A DNA stretch of 64,000 nucleotides from an uncultured Candidatus Saccharibacteria bacterium (GCA_964654205.1 CAZZHR010000002.1:65800-129799), one strand, 5' to 3'; positions 17,901 to 27,227 are shown, numbered from the stretch's first letter. Made by a program: numbers and translations. Notes: generated by a model from the sequence alone, not told the origin.

Positions 17901-20900
17901 CTGCCGATGTTGCGGAGTGTCCAGAGATTGCTGCCGAGCCCGTCCGAGAGCGCGAGCTGCGGACCTGTCGAGCTCGCGACCGTAAGAATATGGTACGGTG
18001 TCGTCGTACCGATGCCGAACGTACCGTTGAAATAGCCGAGACCGTTGTCGAGAATGCGGAAGCGCGTCGTCGAGGCGGAGTCGAAGAATTCCGTGAGTAT
18101 GCCCGTGCCCGTCCCAGATCCCTGCACTGAGAGCTTAGCCCACGGTGACGTGGTGCCGATTCCGACGTTGCCCGTCGAACCCTGAATGAGCATTCTCGTC
18201 GCGTAACTCCCGGCCGTTGCGTTGGCCTTGAAATGGAGGTCGCCATTGTTGCCCGTCTGCCCTATCTCCGCCCAGCCCGTGCCAGTACCCGCGCCGCCGG
18301 TCGTGAATATCATGCTGCCGACGTTGCCTGTACCGGCTCTGTTGAGGAAGAGTCGGAAGTCGCCCGACGTGTCAAAGGCCGCACTCGTACCGAAGACGTC
18401 GAGCTTACTCCCCGGCGTCGTCGTACCGATTCCCACGCTGCCGGTGCTCTTTACCGCCAAAAGGTCACCGCCGGATCCGCTCGATGAGTTGAGCTGCAAG
18501 AGGTCCGCGCTGGAACCGGTATGAAGACTTCCAACGATGACGGGCTTCGCGATGTCGTGCTCGTTGTAGATGTTGAAGATACCTGTAAAGGTCGGGGAGG
18601 TTTTGCCAAAACCGATCTCCCCCGTGGGACTGACGATGAAGGCGTTGACGCCGTCGGTCCTGTTCTGGAAGAAGAGCGCCCCAGCAGGAGTATTGCCGCT
18701 ATCCCCCGCGAGGAAGCCCCATTTCTTACCGCCGGAGTCCGTATTCTGGAGATTGAACCACGGATCGCTGCCGCTCACATGGAACTTCGCGTCGCTTGAA
18801 GCTGCGCCCACGCCGAGCAGACCCTGCACGAGTAGGTTACCTGTCGTCGTCGCGCCGCCTGAGATCGTGAGGCCGCCCGCCTGTGTGCCGTCGCCGATGG
18901 TGGAACTTGCTGTGACACCGAGGCCGCCAGTTACAGCGAGTGTGGTCCACGGACTTACGTTGCCGATACCGACACTTCCACCACCGCTTTGAAGGACGAG
19001 ATTATTCCATGCACCGGCACCGCTGCTCTGTGCGCTGAGTCCAAAATAAGTATTGCCCGTGCTCGCGCCCGACGCTACAAAGAGCACCGAACCGGCTGAA
19101 CCAGAGACCCAATCGCTCGTCGTTATCGCAAGTTGTGAAGGCGCATTACCGCCAGTAATTTGCAACTTACCGTTGGTCGGACTCGCCGTGCCGATACCGA
19201 AGTTGCCGCTGATGCGGTCGACGAAGACGAGCGGCGAGGAGGTACCGACGGTAAAGAGCGAGGTCGATGGCGGCGTCGATGTGCCGACGGCGAGACCGCC
19301 GGAGGCGATTGTGCTCGTCGCCGTCGTCGAAGTGGCGACGAAATATGAAGCGTCGACGAATGACGTAAAGCGAGCATTGCCACTAACGTGAAGCTTATAG
19401 GTGGGAGAGGTATTACCTATACCTACAGAGCCAGCTGTATTGAGGAACAATAAGTCTGTCGCCGCGGCGCCCGTGCTGATGGAAAATCCAGAGCTATCGT
19501 TACCACTGATTCCGACTTTCCATTCTGGAGTCGTACCGCTTCTGACAAAGCTGACATTCGGTGCCACATTTCCGTTTATCAAAATTCCTTGATACGTCGT
19601 TCCTGCAGTCACATGGAGTGGCTGCTGCGGATTTGTTGTTCCAATTCCAACCCGACCGCTTGGGTTCCAAATGCCGGAGCCCGGGAAGAATGCGGTGCCA
19701 GAGACAGAGAGCGCGGTTGAGGACGCATACGGGAACGTGGACGCTGCTGTGGTAGAAGTCGCAGTGAAGATTGGCGCGGTGATGGTGTTGTATGCGGTGA
19801 GTGCGCCGCGCAGGAGTGAGCTGCCCGCGACTGAGAGGTTTCCGCTTGAGTCGATGGTCGTCGTCGCGCTGCCGCCGAAGTACGCAGTGCCAAAGTTGGA
19901 GAAGTTAGTACTCGACGCATTCCCCGAGAATATCTGGAGCGCCGTCCAGTTGTTGGAGACACTTGTGTCCACGGAGCCCCCACCGCCCGTGATACAAGCA
20001 CCGTCTACGGCAAAGCATCCGTCGGCGAGGTTTATTCCATTGGCAAATGTGGTAGTAGCCGAGCCGGTAAAGGTAATATCGCTCAGCGTAGTCCCAGAAA
20101 GGGTACCGCCCGTAATCGTCGAGTCGGAGATATCGACGCTGCTGAGCTGATCGATTTTGTTTGTGTGCGCGACCGTCTGATACACATTGGTAATACTTGC
20201 CGACTGCGCTGTAGAGACACCGGCGACGAGGCTTGTGAGTCGCTGTTCCACGGCTGCGATCCGCGTATCGAGGTCGGCATCCGTGATGCCGCCGACAGAT
20301 GCAACTATGCGCTCGGTCTCGACGATACGTTCAACGACTCGTTCGTTTGTCACCACAGTCGATGTGCTCACAACAACAGGCGTTTGCTGCGATTGCGCTA
20401 CGATAACCTGTGCGCGTTCATACGGATCCATCGTGTCGATGAATCCCGCATCGAGCGGTGTAAGTGCGAGCGAGTTCGTCGCGTCACTCGGGAACACGAT
20501 GTTGTAGACGAACGTGTCGACGCTCGTGTTGACTGCCTTCGCGATGGTGCGCAGCGCATCAGGGAAGAAAGAAAGTGTCGCGCTCGATACTTGTGCGAGC
20601 GCGACCTCGGGATTCTCAACCGCATAGTACGTCGCATCACTCGCCGCGCGCACCGCGCGCGTCGCCACTTCATCAACTCGTACGAGCGACTGCGCGACGC
20701 TCGCCGCCATCTCGCGCGTAGTCTCCGCTGCAAACCGCGCATAGGCTGGGTCGACAAACGCATACGTGCCAAATGTCATGGTGAACGCAACGAGCATCGC
20801 GACAAACTTCTGCAGAAACTCCGTCGCGGGAGAAATCGTGTACACCGGCACGTGCACATGTGCGTGACTCAAAGTACGAGCAACCGCCTCGTGCACGCCC

Positions 20901-21349
20901 GACGGCGCCGCTGCGATAGACGGCATCGCGTGAGCGACCTTCGCGCTCTGCGCCACCGCCGCAGCCTTCAATTTTTCCTGCACATGCTTCGCGTGCGCCG
21001 CCAACGTCTTCGTCACAGGTATTTGTCCGCTCACAGAAAGGGCGCTCTCGACACTCTTTACACTTTCAGATTTCAACTTTATATCTTGTGGCTTATTCTC
21101 CACCCCGTGATATTCACGCACCCGTTCATCCGACAGCTGCTCCCTGCGGATGGTTTTCGCATGCTCTTGCTCCACGAGGTATTTTTGGAGCGAGCCCTCA
21201 TCGACGTACCAGTTCTTGCCGATTCTTCTACCGCGAAGCCTTCCATCACGGCAAAGACGAGCGATGTAGTCGCGAGAGAGCCCTGCACTGGATGAAGCAT
21301 CCCCGGCCGAGAGGTGCTTCTGCCCGTCGAAATATATTTCGTTGCTCAT
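14912..21349 (-). CDS. Giant (about 2146 aa) membrane-anchored surface fibre protein: N-terminal HTH_17-like domain – TM helix – Gly/Ser/Thr-rich tail-fibre-like repeats
   Basis: Start trimmed to 'MSNEIYFDGQKHLSAGDASSSAGLSRDYIARLCRDGRLRGRRIGKNWYVDEGSL' (excisionase/HTH_17-like). TM helix 'FVAMLVAFTMTFGTYAFV'. At least 14 repeats of 'VGIGTT.P..KL.V'. Poly-Gly block 'YIEVEVWGGGGGGGGGG'. Antisense Arg-rich ORFs are artefacts. Confidence 0.75.
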   Translation of the reverse strand: MSNEIYFDGQKHLSAGDASSSAGLSRDYIARLCRDGRLRGRRIGKNWYVDEGSLQKYLVEQEHAKTIRREQLSDERVREYHGVENKPQDIKLKSESVKSVESALSVSGQIPVTKTLAAHAKHVQEKLKAAAVAQSAKVAHAMPSIAAAPSGVHEAVARTLSHAHVHVPVYTISPATEFLQKFVAMLVAFTMTFGTYAFVDPAYARFAAETTREMAASVAQSLVRVDEVATRAVRAASDATYYAVENPEVALAQVSSATLSFFPDALRTIAKAVNTSVDTFVYNIVFPSDATNSLALTPLDAGFIDTMDPYERAQVIVAQSQQTPVVVSTSTVVTNERVVERIVETERIVASVGGITDADLDTRIAAVEQRLTSLVAGVSTAQSASITNVYQTVAHTNKIDQLSSVDISDSTITGGTLSGTTLSDITFTGSATTTFANGINLADGCFAVDGACITGGGGSVDTSVSNNWTALQIFSGNASSTNFSNFGTAYFGGSATTTIDSSGNLSVAGSSLLRGALTAYNTITAPIFTATSTTAASTFPYASSTALSVSGTAFFPGSGIWNPSGRVGIGTTNPQQPLHVTAGTTYQGILINGNVAPNVSFVRSGTTPEWKVGISGNDSSGFSISTGAAATDLLFLNTAGSVGIGNTSPTYKLHVSGNARFTSFVDASYFVATSTTATSTIASGGLAVGTSTPPSTSLFTVGTSSPLVFVDRISGNFGIGTASPTNGKLQITGGNAPSQLAITTSDWVSGSAGSVLFVASGASTGNTYFGLSAQSSGAGAWNNLVLQSGGGSVGIGNVSPWTTLAVTGGLGVTASSTIGDGTQAGGLTISGGATTTGNLLVQGLLGVGAASSDAKFHVSGSDPWFNLQNTDSGGKKWGFLAGDSGNTPAGALFFQNRTDGVNAFIVSPTGEIGFGKTSPTFTGIFNIYNEHDIAKPVIVGSLHTGSSADLLQLNSSSGSGGDLLAVKSTGSVGIGTTTPGSKLDVFGTSAAFDTSGDFRLFLNRAGTGNVGSMIFTTGGAGTGTGWAEIGQTGNNGDLHFKANATAGSYATRMLIQGSTGNVGIGTTSPWAKLSVQGSGTGTGILTEFFDSASTTRFRILDNGLGYFNGTFGIGTTTPYHILTVASSTGPQLALSDGLGSNLWTLRNIGSTFYLATSTHSSTSTVAALSFSASTGAATFGSPSTTTFSGGIQSTLLNITGSATSTFAGGVQLTSGCFLLPSGQCAGTGSGSSGGGGGGNTLIGTYATSTVGTSSVVFTGDPGSAPSFSGGTLTLPSDTSYIEVEVWGGGGGGGGGGNGGNGGVGGTTCFGSNSVACSSPHLSATGGGGGSGSNGPAASGGSGSGGEVNLVGGAGGLTLGIDADGGETQDLYAVGGAGGNGARGGGGGAGTTAAGGAGNAFGGGGAGGGINDLNNVWSGGGGGGGGYAYELVGSPTGTFYFTVGSGGSAGNAGTGGAGGAGGAGGFAVKVYTNRTVGTASSTVAFHVHRNGSATTTVSDTVLVVDWTTETYDTNNNFDLTTNRFTPTVAGKYIVVASVGCTNTTNNCQAAVRKNGVAIANGPYRSGGADAAQVTTIVDMNGTSDYLEAAVLSTGTAVDGSAVYTYFSGSLLASGGSAPAGGNGNIQFNYGGVMAASSTLTWDTVNARFGIGTSSPWAKLSVHALSGETNTMLFEIASSTASATSSLFAVTNTGNVGVGTTTPSTKLTVYSNVASVDGVTVTNANSNGQSTYTVHSDTATGYFRAYGSGVGYGLGGNTSFGSNTSLVLFTNGNVASGGSDSIQFRTGGYESSQERMRITSTGNVGIGTTTPGTKLDVYNTSSGATADQLYLTNAASATSTASRLSFRALDVTGTGTTTSAITSILQQNFGGLGKGDLVFSTLQSGALTEVMRATSAGFFGVGTTSPYRKFSVTAAAANPQVAISYNDSTVASLQVDSTGDLTIHTSNKNILLSDDNLLVCASGCPTSPTGAGKLYVETAAGIGTTTPAAKLTIETQDSSTNFIQVASTTAQSLFVINANGNVGVGTSTPFAKFAVGAGGAITTVERSLSDGATVAINWLEGNQQKVTLGGNRTITFSNFIAGQILRLVVCQDGTGSRTLTWPAVVRWQGGSAPTLTTTANQCDLVSFVATNATSSLVVFGAAATGFR

Positions 21350-21649
21350 GAGCGATGATGCCTGTGGCCGGACGCACGATTTATCTAATATTCTACTACT
21401 CTTTTCGCCAATTGGACGTGTATCGGACACTATTACGTGTGGACAAGCCTAAGCAGAATTTGTACCGGACATTTTTTACATTTTTTCCCACAAGTTCGTA
21501 TCAACGCACAAAAAATTCTCCGTTTTTTTGAAAAAAAGCCTCTTCACTACAACCTCTCACCTCTTACCTACCCCCCTCCTCCCGGCCGACTCGGGCATCC
21601 GAGGAGCGACGTAGAGCGGTATTCCGCGCGTGTGTGGCGCAGAAAATGA

Positions 21650-21672
21650 ACGGCGCCCAATTGGGCGCCGCC
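21650..21672 (-). terminator. Hairpin (ggcgcccaattgggcgcc) downstream of 21696 gene
   Basis: Perfect 7-bp GC stem with a 4-nt loop. The flanking U-tract is weak ('ttcattttc' on the minus strand). Confidence 0.35.
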
Positions 21673-21695
21673 TTAAGGCCTAGTCACTACACGAA

Positions 21696-22697
21696 TCAGC
21701 GCGAATAGCGTACTTCTTTGCTCACGATGGCTTCCAGAAGGTCGATGAGTACTTCGAGGCCACTCGCTGCATTTGCGGTCATGGTCTCAACCGCGCCAAC
21801 ATCTGCCGCCTCGAACATTGCGTAAAGTGATTCACTCTTGATCGACGCAAAGCCATACGACATCACGATGACCACGGTGAGAGCCACGCCCGCTTTTATC
21901 GCCAAAGACTTAGACATTCCGGGCATCCGTCCACGTCGCATGGGTGCCGTCTTGGCCACTGCATGCGGCACAGCACCTGCACGAGCCCGCGTCTCAACAA
22001 TGCGAATCAGTACAGCATTCGGAAGCGGCTCCAACGCCGCGCTTCGCACTTCATCATTCGCCACCGTTTTCACGTCGGCTGTCGCATTTTGAGTGTCGCC
22101 CTTCAGCTGAGGTTTGTTCACCATTGGCATAAGATGCTTCTCGTCCCGGATGTAGGTGTAGTACGAGGTAGGCCTCTCATCTGATCTCAGCCCTTGAGGC
22201 ACATTACTCGGTGCCGGTCGTACCAGGCCTACTGCATCCGCCTGGACTGCAGCGAGAAGCGAATCTTTCTGGGATTTATGCGTCAAAAGGCCGTTTCTCT
22301 CGACATACCAGCGATTCCCTATTTGCCGAGAGAGTATTTTGCCGGCCCGAGCGAGCTGACCAATGTAGTCAGGATTGTAGCCTGTCATTTTCGCGGCCTT
22401 TGCCGCCGAGACATAGTCCTTGCCATCGAAGGTAATGAGTGTGTCGGCTGCGTCCACAGGCCGTATAGGGGCTTCTGGTGGCCTTGGGACGAATGAATCA
22501 GCATTGCGCTTGTACGCTTCGAGTGAGGCAGGATTCACGTACCAGAGCCCGCCTACGCGCTGCGCGTCGATGACTCCACCGCGCGCAAGCTGGCCGACGT
22601 AGTCCTGCGCGTAGCCGTATTCCTTTGCCGCGCGCTTCGAAGATATATATGTCGTTCCGCCGAGATATAGCTGATCTGCCATGATGCAAGTATACAA
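21696..22697 (-). CDS. Membrane-anchored protein with two tandem HTH_17-like domains and a C-terminal TM helix (paralogue of the giant protein's N-terminus)
   Basis: 'ISSKRAAKEYGYAQDYVGQLARGGVIDAQRVGGLWYV' and 'VSAAKAAKMTGYNPDYIGQLARAGKILSRQIGNRWYV' (excisionase-type HTH). TM 'LAIKAGVALTVVIVMSYGF' near the C-terminus. Confidence 0.55.
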   Translation of the reverse strand: MYTCIMADQLYLGGTTYISSKRAAKEYGYAQDYVGQLARGGVIDAQRVGGLWYVNPASLEAYKRNADSFVPRPPEAPIRPVDAADTLITFDGKDYVSAAKAAKMTGYNPDYIGQLARAGKILSRQIGNRWYVERNGLLTHKSQKDSLLAAVQADAVGLVRPAPSNVPQGLRSDERPTSYYTYIRDEKHLMPMVNKPQLKGDTQNATADVKTVANDEVRSAALEPLPNAVLIRIVETRARAGAVPHAVAKTAPMRRGRMPGMSKSLAIKAGVALTVVIVMSYGFASIKSESLYAMFEAADVGAVETMTANAASGLEVLIDLLEAIVSKEVRYSR

Positions 22698-22756
22698 TGA
22701 GCCGCATCTCGGCTTCCCGACTTTCCGAGATTATGTGGACAGCGCAGTTCCTTCGC

Positions 22757-24196
22757 TTACCTCATTACCCCTTTTATGAGAAGCTCTCTCAATACCTCGG
22801 GGTCAGCTGAACCTCTGAGCTGTCGCATACACTGTCCTAACAAAAACTCAAGAGCAGCAGCCTTTCCTGCCCTGTAACCAGCCGCTACATTTGGGTTCGC
22901 GTCGATGACGCTCTTTACGACACCCTCCATAAGCACCGTATCAGTCTTCTGCAACAAGTCGTGCTTCTCCGCGATTGCAATTGGATTACCGCCCCCTTGT
23001 ACCATGAGCGCGAGAATATCTTTTGCAGCTCGAGAGGTTACCTTCCTTTCAGCGACAAGGCCGATAAGCTCCGCAAAGCCATGTGCATCAACAGGGATTT
23101 CGGCGCTTAAAATCGAATCTCGCACTTCGATGTCTCGGACAATTTTTACCAAATCATTCGCAATATAGTTACTCGCAATTGCGAGCTGTCCTGCGGCAAG
23201 CTTTGCCGCAACGGCGTCAAAAAATCTTCCGAATCGCTCATCCTTTACGAACGAATCCGCATCCTCAGGCTTCACGCCAGCCGCCTTGTACCGCGCGCGC
23301 CTTTGCGCAGGCAACTCCGGCAACTTTAAATCTTTAAACATTTCTACCTCTGAAAGCCTCAGGCTCGGTAAATCAGGATCCGGGAAGTATCGATAATCTG
23401 CGCTACCTTCTTTGGTACGCTGCGGGAAAGTCGCCTGCTTCGTCTCATCCCAACCGAGTGTCTGCTTGGTAACCTCGCCTCCAGTCTCAAGAAGCTTCGT
23501 CTGGCGCTCTATCTCGTAGCGCACGGCGCGCTCCATCGCATTAAAAGAATTTAGGTTCTTGATCTCTACGTATCCCATGGAGCGCTCCCCCCTTTTCGCC
23601 ACAGAAACGTTTGCTTCTACGCGCATCTCCCCTTTTTCCATGTTTGCCTCGCTCACGCCAAGCGCCCTGAGCAGTAGCTGCAGCTCGCGCGCAAACTCAC
23701 CCGCCTGCTCCGCGCTATGAATCACCGGCTCCGTAACAAGCTCCATAAGCGGGACACCAGCTCTGTTGTAATCGATAGTGGTCTCACCTGACACCTCGTC
23801 GCCTGCCTGCGCAGGTAGGTGCATCGAACTTGCTGTATCTTCCTCCAAGTGTACGCGCGTAATCGCTACACCGGCAAGCTCCCCTCCTGAAACTAGCGGA
23901 TGCTCGTATTGCGAGATTTGATAGCCCTTTGGCAAATCCGGATAGAAATAGTTTTTACGGTCAAACTCTGCGTAGTCTGCGAGCTTCGAGCCAAGCGCAG
24001 TTCCCACACGCAGTACATGCATGACTGCCTGCTTATTTATTACCGGGAGCGTCCCCGGGTGCGCCATGCACACAGGGCAGATGTTTACGTTGGGTCTTGA
24101 TTCATCAGGGTCATTTTTTGAAGCACAAAACATCTTCGTCTCGGTTCGAAGTTCGGCGTGTATTTCGAGGCCTATGGTGGGCACATACTCAGCCAT
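22757..24196 (-). CDS. gatB: Asp-tRNA(Asn)/Glu-tRNA(Gln) amidotransferase subunit B
   Basis: 479 aa, 'PTIGLEIHAEL', 'ICPVCMAHPGTLPV', with the GatB/YqeY C-terminal domain. Confidence 0.9.
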   Translation of the reverse strand: MAEYVPTIGLEIHAELRTETKMFCASKNDPDESRPNVNICPVCMAHPGTLPVINKQAVMHVLRVGTALGSKLADYAEFDRKNYFYPDLPKGYQISQYEHPLVSGGELAGVAITRVHLEEDTASSMHLPAQAGDEVSGETTIDYNRAGVPLMELVTEPVIHSAEQAGEFARELQLLLRALGVSEANMEKGEMRVEANVSVAKRGERSMGYVEIKNLNSFNAMERAVRYEIERQTKLLETGGEVTKQTLGWDETKQATFPQRTKEGSADYRYFPDPDLPSLRLSEVEMFKDLKLPELPAQRRARYKAAGVKPEDADSFVKDERFGRFFDAVAAKLAAGQLAIASNYIANDLVKIVRDIEVRDSILSAEIPVDAHGFAELIGLVAERKVTSRAAKDILALMVQGGGNPIAIAEKHDLLQKTDTVLMEGVVKSVIDANPNVAAGYRAGKAAALEFLLGQCMRQLRGSADPEVLRELLIKGVMR

Positions 24197-24625
24197 ATGG
24201 CGGCATCATACGACCTCTAAGCCATACGCGGAACACCCATAGAGCCAAAGCCCGCCAATCTGTCAGCACCCCACTCGCCCTGCCATTGCCACCCTATTGC
24301 TGCTCACAGATACCGAAGACTCCGCAGCGGCACCCGTTCGTGCTCTGTACTTCGCTCATCGCTCTTCTCCTGATTGCGAACCCTCGGCCTTACGAGTCTA
24401 CCGAGATGCGTCGCTATACAAAGCCATCTCGGATGCCGAGATAATGTACACGGCAGATGCGAATGTTGTGGGTAGTGTGCTGAATCTTGGCCGACGACGA
24501 GCTGCAGTCCGCGTCGCGTTCAGCATGCAAGTGGAGCTACTCAGTACCTCTTGCCTACCATTGCGGCAAGAACGCGTGAAAATATACGCAACATTAATCC
24601 GCTCATGTAAAGAGCGCTTTTCGTG

Positions 24626-27151
24626 CTACACGACAATGCGCCACCCGTCTGCGAGTAGGGGCTCGGCCTTCTTAAATTTCATTTCCTTGGTCTCAGTGCC
24701 ATTCGTAATAATGACTTTGTCGTTGCGACGGTATTCTTTCTTGCCCGCAATGGGCGCTTGTGCGGTGATACTCCGCGCCGCTCGCGATACCGCTTGTTCC
24801 CCCGCCGTCGCCGTGTGCACTCGCGGCGCCGCTCCGATATGTGGAATTAGTGTTCGTACGTGCGCAGCATACGTCTCCTCTAGCTGCTGGAAAAGCCTGC
24901 GACCTTCTTTTTTGTACTCGACGAGCGGATCGCGCTGTCCGTATGCGCGGAGATTCACGCTCGAGCGCAGGTACTCCATAGCTTCGAGATGCTCCACCCA
25001 GAGAAAGTCGATGCCCTGTAAGAGTATGCGGCGCACCGTCGGGACAAACGCATCCGTAAGCTCCTCTTTCTTTTTCTGTATAGCTTGAGCAAGAGCCTCA
25101 TCAGAGAGCGCGAGCCGCTCGAGCTCAGCCAGTACCGCCCCCTCTCCACCCGTCAGGAGGTCACGGCGACGTGTGTAGATGCTCTTGCGCTGGATGTTGA
25201 GCACATCGTCGTATGCGAGCACATGCTTGCGTGAGTCGAAGTGTATCTCCTCTATTCGCGTCTGCGCCTTCTCGAGCGAGCGCGTGATCATTTTGTTGAA
25301 TATCGGCTCGTCCTCGGGAATATTGAAGCTCCCCATCACCCGCTTGATGACGTCGCTCGCAAAAACGCGCATGAGACTGTCCTCAAGCGAAACGTAGAAC
25401 TGTGTCGCACCCGGGTCCCCTTGTCGGCCTGAGCGGCCACGCAGCTGGTTGTCGATGCGGCGCGCTTCGTGGCGCTCGGTGCCGAGCACAAAGAGGCCGC
25501 CGAGACTTTTTACTTCCTCGTAACTCTCCGGTGTCCCTGGATTGCCGCCGAGCTTAATGTCGACGCCTCGGCCGGCCATGTTGGTCGCGATGGTTACCGC
25601 GCCCTTCTTCCCGGCTTGCGCGACGATCTCACCCTCGCGCTCGTGATTCTTTGCGTTGAGCACTTCGTGCGGGATGCCCTCTTGCTTGAAGTACACCGAG
25701 AGCAGCTCGTTCTTTTCCACCGATACGGTACCGATGAGGACGGGCTGCCCCTTCTCGTGCAGCTCGCGCACGCGCTTCGCTATGGCTTTCATCTTGCCGT
25801 TCTCGGTCTGCAGGATGAGGTCGTCGAGGTCTGTTCGCTGAACGGGCTTGTTGGTCGGCACACTCGCTACGTTCAGGCCATATACCTTGTAGAATTCTTC
25901 GGACGAAGTGGCTGCGGTACCCGTCATGCCCGCGAGCTTGTCGTAGAGGCGGAAATAATTCTGGAAAGTTATCGATGCGAAAGTACGGCTCTCCTGTTGG
26001 ACTGAGACACCCTCCTTTGCCTCTATGGCCTGGTGGAGGCCATCAGACCACCTGCGCCCTGGCTGCATGCGACCCGTGAACTCGTCGACAATGATGACAG
26101 TCCCATCTCGCACTACGTAGTCCTTGTCTCGCTCAAAGAGAGCTTTTGCTCTCACGGCGGTCTCGAGGTGATGCACCATCTTGATGCCAGCATCCGTATA
26201 TATATTGTCTATCCCGAGCGCTGCCTGCGCCTTCTCGATACCTGCATCGGTCATCGCTATCTGTTTGTGCTTTTCGTCTACGGTGAAGTCCTCCTCGCGA
26301 ACCATGCCGCGCGCAATCTGCGCGAATCGCCCGTAGAGCGATTCTGCCTGCGAGACGGGTGCCGAGATAATCAGTGGCGTGCGTGCCTCGTCGATGAGGA
26401 TGGAATCTATCTCGTCGACTATTGCGAACCGGTACCCGCCATCCTGCGGGACGCGCTGACGCAAACCTGCTGCCTCGTATTCAAGGTTGTCGCGGAGGTA
26501 GTCGAAGCCGAATTCATTGTTGGTACCGTAGGTGATGTCGGCGGCATATGCTTCCCCGCGCGTACACGGACGAAGGAAATCTCGCGCCACCTTGAAGCTA
26601 CCTTCTGTATCCTGCTGCGCCTCTTCCTCCGCCTTGAGTTCCGGCGGAACATGCGATGGATCGTATATAAATGACGACTCGTGGTTGAGCACTCCCACGG
26701 TGAGGCCGAGTGCATAGTATATTTGCCCCATCCATGCGCCATCGCGGCGCGAGAGGTAGTCGTTGACAGTGATGACATGTACGCCTTTGCCCTCGAGGGC
26801 GTTGAGGTACGCTGGGAGCGTCGCGACGAGTGTCTTGCCCTCGCCCGTGCGCATCTCTGCGATGCCACCCTGGTGGAGTATCATCCCACCGATGAGCTGC
26901 ACGTCGAAGTGACGTTGACCGAGCGTCCTGCGCGACGCCTCCCTCACCGCGGCAAATGCCTCAGGCGCGAGGCTATCAAGGGATTCCCCGCCCGAAATGC
27001 GGACCTTGAATTCCGCGCTCTTTCCCTTGAGCGCCTCGTCGGTGAGCGCCGTAAACGTGTCTTCAAGTGCATTGACAGCAGCCACAATAGGCTGCGCCTT
27101 GCGGAGCGCCGCGACATTGGTATCTCCGAAGAGTCCTTTCCAAAATGACAT
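24626..27151 (-). CDS. secA: Preprotein translocase ATPase SecA
   Basis: DEAD-motor motifs ('MRTGEGKTLVATL', 'VDEIDSILIDEARTPLIIS') and C-terminal domains. Start trimmed to 'MSFWKGLFG'. Confidence 0.9.
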   Translation of the reverse strand: MSFWKGLFGDTNVAALRKAQPIVAAVNALEDTFTALTDEALKGKSAEFKVRISGGESLDSLAPEAFAAVREASRRTLGQRHFDVQLIGGMILHQGGIAEMRTGEGKTLVATLPAYLNALEGKGVHVITVNDYLSRRDGAWMGQIYYALGLTVGVLNHESSFIYDPSHVPPELKAEEEAQQDTEGSFKVARDFLRPCTRGEAYAADITYGTNNEFGFDYLRDNLEYEAAGLRQRVPQDGGYRFAIVDEIDSILIDEARTPLIISAPVSQAESLYGRFAQIARGMVREEDFTVDEKHKQIAMTDAGIEKAQAALGIDNIYTDAGIKMVHHLETAVRAKALFERDKDYVVRDGTVIIVDEFTGRMQPGRRWSDGLHQAIEAKEGVSVQQESRTFASITFQNYFRLYDKLAGMTGTAATSSEEFYKVYGLNVASVPTNKPVQRTDLDDLILQTENGKMKAIAKRVRELHEKGQPVLIGTVSVEKNELLSVYFKQEGIPHEVLNAKNHEREGEIVAQAGKKGAVTIATNMAGRGVDIKLGGNPGTPESYEEVKSLGGLFVLGTERHEARRIDNQLRGRSGRQGDPGATQFYVSLEDSLMRVFASDVIKRVMGSFNIPEDEPIFNKMITRSLEKAQTRIEEIHFDSRKHVLAYDDVLNIQRKSIYTRRRDLLTGGEGAVLAELERLALSDEALAQAIQKKKEELTDAFVPTVRRILLQGIDFLWVEHLEAMEYLRSSVNLRAYGQRDPLVEYKKEGRRLFQQLEETYAAHVRTLIPHIGAAPRVHTATAGEQAVSRAARSITAQAPIAGKKEYRRNDKVIITNGTETKEMKFKKAEPLLADGWRIVV

Positions 27152-27194
27152 GGATACCCATCCTACCACTGTGCGACTTTTCAATCCATGAAAA

Positions 27195-27222
27195 GAAGAA
27201 GCCTCCTTTCGGAGGCTTCTTC
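27195..27222 (-). terminator. Strong intrinsic terminator (gaagaagcctcc-gaaa-ggaggcttcttc + UUUUC)
   Basis: 12-bp perfect stem and 4-nt loop. The minus-strand transcript continues with 'ttttcatgg'. It lies between the polylysine micro-ORF and secA. Confidence 0.65.
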
Positions 27223-27227
27223 GGGAC

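Noticed and set aside
14993-21295. Multiple long Arg-rich ORFs (for example 20165..21295, 17109..17777 Pro-rich) inside the giant fibre gene
   Set aside because: They are reverse or shifted frames of a Gly/Ser/Thr-rich CDS. Poly-Pro and poly-Arg are mirror artefacts of GGN/NCC codons.
22698-22756. Possible terminator after gatB (atctcgg...ccgagat)
   Set aside because: It has a 7-bp stem with a 14-nt loop and no U-tract, so it is too weak to call.
24297-25088. 263-aa plus-strand ORF
   Set aside because: It overlaps the 3' end of secA antisense, and has no motifs.
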